From an uncultured Conexibacteraceae bacterium (GTDB lineage Bacteria > Actinomycetota > Thermoleophilia > Solirubrobacterales > Solirubrobacteraceae), in contig CAWHID010000032.1 in assembly GCA_963829185.1 (NCBI GenBank), positions 624 through 64,623 on the forward strand: a DNA stretch of 64,000 nucleotides, given 5' to 3'. The translations under genes and the position numbers were made by a program. Below are positions 58,077 to 64,000 of this stretch, piece by piece (position 1 is the stretch's first letter; each line of letters starts with the position of its first letter). Below the pieces are notes generated by a model. The model was not told the DNA's origin. It did no database searches and saw only the letters and a list, made by a program, of their open reading frames with translations.

Positions 58077-59891
58077 ATGGCACTTTCGCCCGTCACCGAG
58101 CGGCGCATCGTCACGTTCCTGCCGCCGCTGTTGGTCGCGGCGCTGCTGATCCCGTTCGCCGTGCGCCAGAACGCGTGGTACGAGTGGCAGAACGCGTACT
58201 GGTTCCTGCAACGCCAGGCCGAGCACGTCTCGGCCCACGGAGTCCCAACGCTCTTCCTCCACACCAAGGACGGTTCGTTCTACCCGTTCTTCTTGTACTA
58301 CGGCGGGTTCACGATCGGGCTGCTCGCCTATCCGGCGGCGCTGTTTGGGGCGTGGCCGGTCTTCCTGGCAAGCATGGTGGCGGCGGTGGTCGGCGGCTAT
58401 CTGGGCATTTGGTGGACGGGACTGAGCCTCGGGCTATCGCGCCGGCTCTCGGTCCTGCCGGCGCTCGTCTACGCGACCACGCCGTATGTCCTGAGCGATG
58501 CCTACGGTCGTGGGGCCTGGGCTGAGCTGGTCGGCGTCAACGCCGCGGCGCTGATGGTCGGCGGCTGGGCGGCGCTCCTGAGCCCGGCGCCCCGGCGTCC
58601 CGGCCTCGCGCTGGCGGCGCTGGTCGGGTCGGGCGCGATCCTAGCCGGCACGCACAACGTGACGCTGCTGATGGCGGCGGTGGTGCTGCCGCTGCTGATC
58701 CTGGCGCTGCTGCCCTTCACGTCGGTGGGCGTGGCACGCGCCACCGTCCTCAGGAGCCTCGGTCGCGGCACCATCGCGGTGCTGCTCGGCGTGGGGCTCA
58801 CGGGCGCGTGGCTGGTGCCCAACCTCTGGCTGGGACCCAAGACCTACATCTCCGAGACCACGCTGAGCCAGGAAGGCGCCGCCGTGCTGGCGCCGTTTGC
58901 GCGCATCACCAACGTGCTGTCGCCATGGCCCGTCATCCCCGACGTGTTCAAGGGTGTGATGTGGATCTACGCACAGGCGTCGGTCTTGGCGATCTGCTGG
59001 GTCTTCGTGGCGCTCGCCGTCGTGCTGGCCGGACGTCGCCGCGGCGCGCCCCGGGGTGTCATCGCGTCGTCGCTGGCGCTGGTCGCGCTCGGCGCTGGCC
59101 TGCTGGCGCTGATCAGCCATCCGGCGTGGTGGTCGAGCTTCCCGCGGCTGGTGCAGACCGTCCAGATGTCGATCCGCCTGCTGCCGTTCTTCGCCATCGT
59201 CACGGCGGTCGCCGTCGCGGTGCTGCTCGCGGGCATTGGCCAGCGGCGAGCGCGCGGGCCAATGCTCGCCGGGCTCGTCGTCGCCGTGGCGGTGCAGGCG
59301 GCCGGCGCGATCTACGTCGTGATCTCCGGGCAGCCGGCCGTTACGCTGACGGCGACGGTCGTGCGCCACGACGCGATCAAGGTCGAAGAGGAGCCCTCGC
59401 CGTTCTCGGGGCCGGGCGAGATCGTGGCCGCGCAGTTCCGGGTGATCGGCAAGCCGCAGGGCTCGCAGGCGTTCGTCGGCCGGGTCGCAACCCAGCTGGA
59501 CTCCCAGCTGACATCGGATGCGGGAACGCTGCGGGGCTCGGGGAACGTCGGCGATCTACTGATAACCGACGTCGTCGCATCGCCACTGGTGCGCGTCAGC
59601 GGCGATCTGCGGGTCGTCGGGCGCGCCGAGAACGGCCTCGCCTCCATGGAGATCGTCCGGACCGACCCCGACGGCGCCTACACCGCCACCGTCCAAGCGC
59701 AGTGCGCGCTCTGCCTGTCGACGGCGGGCAGTGGGTGGCAGCTGCGGGCGGGGCGGCTGCTGACGCTGCTCAGCTTCGCTCTGCTGCTGACCGCCTGTGC
59801 CGTGAGCCTGGGACGGGTGGCGCGACGGCGGCGCTGGGCGCTGAAGGTCAGCCCGGGCAGGCGCCGGGGTTCTGCGAGCAGAAGTCGCTGA
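58077..59891 (+). CDS. Polytopic membrane protein, GT-C-like candidate
   Basis: YPFFLYYGG, YATTPY...YGRGAWAE and THN motifs, many TM helices and an external C-terminal domain. Confidence 0.65.
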   Translation: MALSPVTERRIVTFLPPLLVAALLIPFAVRQNAWYEWQNAYWFLQRQAEHVSAHGVPTLFLHTKDGSFYPFFLYYGGFTIGLLAYPAALFGAWPVFLASMVAAVVGGYLGIWWTGLSLGLSRRLSVLPALVYATTPYVLSDAYGRGAWAELVGVNAAALMVGGWAALLSPAPRRPGLALAALVGSGAILAGTHNVTLLMAAVVLPLLILALLPFTSVGVARATVLRSLGRGTIAVLLGVGLTGAWLVPNLWLGPKTYISETTLSQEGAAVLAPFARITNVLSPWPVIPDVFKGVMWIYAQASVLAICWVFVALAVVLAGRRRGAPRGVIASSLALVALGAGLLALISHPAWWSSFPRLVQTVQMSIRLLPFFAIVTAVAVAVLLAGIGQRRARGPMLAGLVVAVAVQAAGAIYVVISGQPAVTLTATVVRHDAIKVEEEPSPFSGPGEIVAAQFRVIGKPQGSQAFVGRVATQLDSQLTSDAGTLRGSGNVGDLLITDVVASPLVRVSGDLRVVGRAENGLASMEIVRTDPDGAYTATVQAQCALCLSTAGSGWQLRAGRLLTLLSFALLLTACAVSLGRVARRRRWALKVSPGRRRGSASRSR

Positions 59892-60312
59892 AGCCGCCGG
59901 AGTCGGTGGTGCTGGTGCCCGTCGAGGTCCCGGTGGAGCCGGCGCCGTTGGTCGCCGTTCCGGTTCCGGTCTGACCGGGGGTGGTACCGCCGGTCGCCGC
60001 GCCGGTGCTCGGGGCCGTCGGGGTGGCGGCAGCGCCGGTGCCGCTGCTCGAAGAGGACGAGGAGGAAGACGACGAGGACGAGTTGCTCGGGGTCGTCGAC
60101 GAGGGCGTGCTGCTGGAGGCCTCATCAGCGGTCGTCGGCGTGCTGTCGTCCGAGGACGCTGCGGCGGCGCCGCCGATCGACGTGCTCGCGGGCGCGACCA
60201 GCGCCTGCGGCTTCTTCGGGGCCTCATCGTGCGGCACGCTGGCGCCGCCGCAAGCCGACAGGCCGACGGTGGCGAGGAGCATCAGGGCAACTGCCGTGGC
60301 ACGACGGCGCAT
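59848..60312 (-). CDS. Ser/Thr/Gly-rich lipoprotein
   Basis: Lipobox LSAC, a poly-Ser tract and C-terminal FCSQNPGAC. Confidence 0.75.
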   Translation of the reverse strand: MRRRATAVALMLLATVGLSACGGASVPHDEAPKKPQALVAPASTSIGGAAAASSDDSTPTTADEASSSTPSSTTPSNSSSSSSSSSSSSSGTGAAATPTAPSTGAATGGTTPGQTGTGTATNGAGSTGTSTGTSTTDSGGFSDFCSQNPGACPG

Positions 60313-60321
60313 GGGTGAAAG

Positions 60322-60609
60322 CTAGTCGGTCGCCGGGACGGGAGCGCCCAGGGGACCCATGCGGCGCCCGCAGGTGGGGCAGTCGTTGAGGTCCTTCTGC
60401 GCCAGCTGGTCGCACCAGTTGCAGAAGCGAAGGTTCTCGACCGCGAAGGGCAGTCGCGACGGGCTGGGCGCCAGCGGGACGACCTTGCCGACGACCTCGA
60501 GGGTCTCACCGGTGTCGCGGTCGCGGTAGATCTTGCCGGGCTCAGCCTCAAGGAAGATCTCGCGCCCCGTAGAGGGGGTGCGCATGCGGTAGCGCTGCTT
60601 CAGGCTCAC
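60322..60609 (-). CDS. Small zinc-binding hypothetical protein
   Basis: KQRYRMRTPSTGREIFLEA...CNWC...CPTCG. Probable GTG start at 60609 after TAGGCT. Confidence 0.7.
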   Translation of the reverse strand: MSLKQRYRMRTPSTGREIFLEAEPGKIYRDRDTGETLEVVGKVVPLAPSPSRLPFAVENLRFCNWCDQLAQKDLNDCPTCGRRMGPLGAPVPATD

Positions 60610-60622
60610 GGTCGGAAGCCTA

Positions 60623-60785
60623 GATGGTTGATGCGAAATTCGCACGGTCGTGGTCGCACGCCGCGCGGCGCTGGATCGCCACCCGATCCCTTGACGATCC
60701 AACCAGGATCGCCTGCGGAATCGTGCGGCGCCCAGCATCCACGCTGCGCACGACCACGACCACGCTCGATTTCGCATCAACCATC
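60623..60785. repeat. 163-bp MITE/REP-like palindromic element
   Basis: 17-bp perfect TIR GATGGTTGATGCGAAAT/ATTTCGCATCAACCATC and an inner GGTCGTGGTCG/CGACCACGACC pair. Confidence 0.75.
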
Positions 60786-60824
60786 AAGCGACCACGGGCG
60801 TCAGACGAGACCTGAACGGGCATG

Positions 60825-62414
60825 ATGGCCTCCTTGCGGATCCTGATCTTCCACGGCTACCTGCTGCGCGGCACCGGCTCCAATGTCTACAACGCGCTGC
60901 TGGCTACCGCGCTGGCCCGGCAAGGGCACGAGGTGCATCTGCTCTGCCAGGAGCGCCGGCCCCAGGACGTCGACGCCGTTGGCGCCGCGGGCGACTGGGA
61001 CGACGGCGGCGTACTGCGCGTCCGCGCGATTCGCGACGGGCGCCGCGTGACGACCTACCGCCCCGACGTCGGCCCCGTCCTGCCCGTCTACGTCGCCGAC
61101 CGCTACGAGGGCGTGCAGGCCCAGACGTTCGCCGAGCTCGACGACGCGGCGATCGCCGACTACGTGGCGCGCAACGTCGCGGCCGTCGCGGAGGTCGCCG
61201 AGCGCGTGGCACCCGACATCGCGCTAGCCAACCATCTCGTGATGGGTCCGCTGATCCTGGCGCGCGGGCTGCCGGAGCGCGTCCCCTACGCGGTCAAGGT
61301 CCACGGCAGCGCGCTGGAGTACGCCGTCAAGCCTCAGCCGGAGCGCTTCCTGCCGGCGGCGCGCGAGGGGCTGGCGCGTGCTCGCACCGTGCTGGTCGGC
61401 TCGCGCCATACCGCCGAGTCGTTGTGGGCGGCGTTGGAGGACCCGCAGCTGCCGGCCCGCACGCGCCTCGGGCCGCCTGGGGTGGACGTCGAGGCCTTCC
61501 GTCCCCGTCCGCGTGCGGAGGCGACCGCCGAACTGCATGCGCTGGCCGCCGGGCTAGCAGAGGAGGCGCTGGCCGCGCCGCTGGCAGCCGTTGGGGGCGA
61601 CATGGCGTCCGCGTTCACCCGCGATCCTGCCGAGGGGGCTCGCACCCTGCGTGACCTCGACGGCGAGCGCGATCGCCTCGTGACGTTCGTGGGCAAGCTG
61701 ATCGTCTCCAAGGGCGTCGACCTGCTGGTGGCGGCTTGGCCGCTCGTGCTGGCGGCGGTTCCGGACGCCAAGCTCGTCGTGGTGGGCTTCGGCGGCTATC
61801 GCGACGCGCTGGAGCGCCTCCTGGCCGCGCTGGCGGCCGGAGACCTGGCGACGGTGCGTGGCCTGGCCGCCGAAGGCCGGGCGGCTGAGGGCGGCCCGCA
61901 CGCGCCGCTGACGCTGCTGGGGGCGTTCTTAGACGACCTGGAGGCCGCACCCGATCGCGACCGCTACCTGGCGGCAGCCCGGAGGCTTCCTGTGCGCGTC
62001 GTGCTCACCGGCCGCCTGGAGCATGAGGAGCTCGCGCCGCTGCTGGCCGCCAGCGAGGCGCAGATCGTGCCCTCGACGTTCCCGGAGGCGTTCGGGATGG
62101 TCGCCGTCGAGGCCGCCGCGTGCGGGGCGCTGCCGGTGGTCGCCGACCACTCGGGCCTCGGTGAGGTGCGAACGATCCTTGCCGACGCGGTCCCAGTCGG
62201 CGCGCGGGCGTGGCTGGGCTTCGCGGCGGGACCGCGCGCTGTGCGCGACCTCAGCGACCGCGTGATCGCTTGGCTCCAGGCGCCGGAAGCCCTGCGCGAG
62301 GCGACGCGCGAGGGCTTGGAGACCGTCGCGCGAGAGCGTTTCTCGTGGGACGGCGTGGCCCGCGGGGTGGTCTCCGCGGCCCTTGGCGAGACCGCCGTGC
62401 TGCCTGAGCCCTGA
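60825..62414 (+). CDS. Glycosyltransferase family 4
   Basis: HGYLLRGTGS, PPGVD, FVGKLIVSKGVD and PSTFPEAFGMVAVEAAACG. Confidence 0.88.
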   Translation: MASLRILIFHGYLLRGTGSNVYNALLATALARQGHEVHLLCQERRPQDVDAVGAAGDWDDGGVLRVRAIRDGRRVTTYRPDVGPVLPVYVADRYEGVQAQTFAELDDAAIADYVARNVAAVAEVAERVAPDIALANHLVMGPLILARGLPERVPYAVKVHGSALEYAVKPQPERFLPAAREGLARARTVLVGSRHTAESLWAALEDPQLPARTRLGPPGVDVEAFRPRPRAEATAELHALAAGLAEEALAAPLAAVGGDMASAFTRDPAEGARTLRDLDGERDRLVTFVGKLIVSKGVDLLVAAWPLVLAAVPDAKLVVVGFGGYRDALERLLAALAAGDLATVRGLAAEGRAAEGGPHAPLTLLGAFLDDLEAAPDRDRYLAAARRLPVRVVLTGRLEHEELAPLLAASEAQIVPSTFPEAFGMVAVEAAACGALPVVADHSGLGEVRTILADAVPVGARAWLGFAAGPRAVRDLSDRVIAWLQAPEALREATREGLETVARERFSWDGVARGVVSAALGETAVLPEP

Positions 62415-62463
62415 CAGTTGGTTGCGTTGCCCTCCTGAGTTGCCGTTAGGATCCCCGGCGATC

Positions 62464-63189
62464 ATGGGGAAGAGGATCTTGCCGCGAGCGGCGCTCTGCG
62501 CTGCCATTGTCGCCGTCATTCCGGCGCTGTCTGCCTGTGGTGGGGTGAAAGACCCACAGGCCGACGTCGTCGCGGGCAAGCAGCTCTTCGTCCAGAAGTG
62601 CGGCTCCTGTCACGTGCTGGAGCGCGCCGGCACCAAGGGCACCACCGGCCCGAACCTCGACGAGGCGTTCCAGCAGCCGGTCAAGGAGAACTTCGGCGAG
62701 TCGGCGATCCGCGGGGTCATCCTCAAGCAGATCCTGTATCCGAACCGGCTGCCGAACTCCGACGGCATCCGGATGCCGGCCAAGCTCGTCAGCGGCGAGA
62801 AGGCCCACGACGTCGCCGCCTACGTCGCGTCGGTGTCGGCGCGTGGTGGCAAGGACAGTGGCCGCCTCGCGACCGCGGTGAAGGCTGCCGGCGGCGGCAC
62901 AGCGGTCGAGAAGAACGACGTGCTGAGCATCCCGGCCGATCCGGGCGGCCAGCTCGCCTACACCGCCACCAAGGCCACCGGCAACCCCGGCCCGGTCACG
63001 ATCGAAATGCCCAACAAGTCCGGCACCCAGCACGACATCGCCATCGCCGGCCTGGGCAAGGGCGAGATCGTCACCACCGGGACGTCGTCCTTCAAGGCGA
63101 CGCTGGACGCGGGGAAGACCTACACGTACTACTGCTCGGTTCCAGGGCACCGCGCGGCGGGCATGCAGGGGACGCTGACGGTTAAGTAG
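62464..63189 (+). CDS. Lipoprotein fusing cytochrome c and a cupredoxin domain
   Basis: Lipobox LSAC, CGSCH, GPNLD, RMPA, then QHDI...YYCSVPGHRAAGM. Confidence 0.85.
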   Translation: MGKRILPRAALCAAIVAVIPALSACGGVKDPQADVVAGKQLFVQKCGSCHVLERAGTKGTTGPNLDEAFQQPVKENFGESAIRGVILKQILYPNRLPNSDGIRMPAKLVSGEKAHDVAAYVASVSARGGKDSGRLATAVKAAGGGTAVEKNDVLSIPADPGGQLAYTATKATGNPGPVTIEMPNKSGTQHDIAIAGLGKGEIVTTGTSSFKATLDAGKTYTYYCSVPGHRAAGMQGTLTVK

Positions 63190-63200
63190 GGGCCCGCCTG

Positions 63201-63373
63201 TCGTTGGCGCTCAGCGCAGGCGTTGGCCGCTGTGCGCGGCGTGGTCCGACGGGAGTGCCGTCCTCGTTGGCGCTCAGCGCACGCGTTGGCCGCTGCGCGC
63301 TGCGTGGTCCGAGGGGAGCGCCGTCCTCGTTGGCGCTCAGCGCACGCGTTGGCCGCTGCGCGCTGCGTGGTCT
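63201..63373. repeat. 63-bp tandem repeat, about 2.7 copies
   Basis: TCGTTGGCGCTCAGCGCA.GCGTTGGCCGCTG.. starts at 63201, 63264 and 63327. Confidence 0.88.
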
Positions 63374-63674
63374 GTCGGCACCGAGGGAGTGAGGCGTGAG
63401 CGACGCTTCGTGGCGTTGCCCGGTCGTCCGCTTGCGCCGTGGGGCGGGGTGGGCCTGTTTGCGGACGGTAGACGTCTGTCAACAGGCCCACCCCCGCCAA
63501 CTCGTCGCCGATACGTCGACGTGGGCCCGTTCGCGGACGACATGCGGCCGGCAAACAGGCCCACCCGGCTCGCGAGTGAGATTGGGTGGCGAATCGCCTG
63601 CCCCGGCGCGCGCGGACGACGACGGACGCCGCGAACCTCGCTTCCGCTCGCTCTCCTCGGTGCCGACGGACCAC
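63367..63674. repeat. Inverted-repeat-bounded element with two internal GTGGGCC...GGCCCAC hairpins
   Basis: GTGGTCTGTCGGCACCGAGG ... CCTCGGTGCCGACGGACCAC. Confidence 0.7.
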
Positions 63675-63688
63675 GCTGCACAGCACCA

Positions 63689-63824
63689 GCAACGCCGCGC
63701 ACTGGTCACCACCGACGCAACGCCACGCACTGGCCACCCCGACGCAACGCCGCGCACTGGGCCACCCCGGCACCACCGCGCACCGGGCCCCCCGACGCAA
63801 CGCCGCGCACTGAGCGCCACCGAC
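63689..63824. repeat. About 27-bp tandem repeat x5
   Basis: GCAACGCCGCGCACTG..CCGAC units at 63689, 63717, 63744, 63770 and 63797. Confidence 0.82.
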
Positions 63825-63888
63825 CCAGCGTCCCTCCATCGACCACCCCCGGCGTCCAAGACGCGCCGCCGACGAACGTCGGCGCCCC

Positions 63889-64000
63889 CTAAACCCCCAG
63901 CGCCCGCGCGATCAGCACGAGCACAATGATCGCCCCGAACACCGCGATCGTCCCGAGCAGCACCCGGAAGGCCGCGGCCTCGGACCGAAACGGCTCCAGC
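63889..64000 (-). CDS. 3' end of a small membrane protein (partial)
   Basis: Own translation: LEPFRSEAAAFRVLLGTIAVFGAIIVLVLIARALGV*. Confidence 0.55.
   Translation of the reverse strand, partial: LEPFRSEAAAFRVLLGTIAVFGAIIVLVLIARALGV

Noticed and set aside
63201-63824. CRISPR array
   Set aside because: The units are contiguous tandem repeats without unique spacers, and there are no cas genes.

Overview
This is a very GC-rich bacterial chromosomal segment. Gene content and style (a CysO/CysM/Mec cysteine pathway, GuaB3, a stand-alone DUF2294/MpsC gene, an AAA-LuxR regulator and many apparently leaderless genes) point to Actinomycetota, most likely Thermoleophilia/Solirubrobacterales (inference). 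Most genes are core metabolism: a two-component system, the moeB-cysO-cysM-tatA-mec sulfur-carrier cluster, hydantoinase/oxoprolinase A/B, nadB, an HDAC-family deacetylase, murI-rph-rdgB-CDF, HU-pyrF-LysM-DD-carboxypeptidase-pfkB-guaB3-guaA, a PilB/GspE ATPase, rplM-rpsI-glmM-glmS-acpS-nnr-alr-cca, and surface and glycosylation genes. I saw no rRNA, tRNA, CRISPR array, transposase or integrase. Five signals stand out. (1) At two 'jump-back' junctions a diverged homologous copy of nearby DNA restarts: an 883-bp pyrF/LysM duplication, and a pilB-tail/lipase-tail scar beside a 3.7-kb surface-protein gene. Both fit homology-facilitated illegitimate recombination of DNA from a relative. (2) Micro-ORFs bridge adjacent genes with 4-nt stop/start overlaps at both ends, and one has a hairpin over the downstream start codon. 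(3) A GG-AR-capped sulfur carrier sits in a cluster with a JAMM protease and an inserted STAS+MpsC pair. (4) A terminator-containing leader precedes guaB3-guaA. (5) Several MITE-like or palindromic intergenic elements are present. About a dozen single-base frameshifts, nearly all +1, are confined to 24.7-45.5 kb and look like sequencing error. That is also a caveat for the two junctions.
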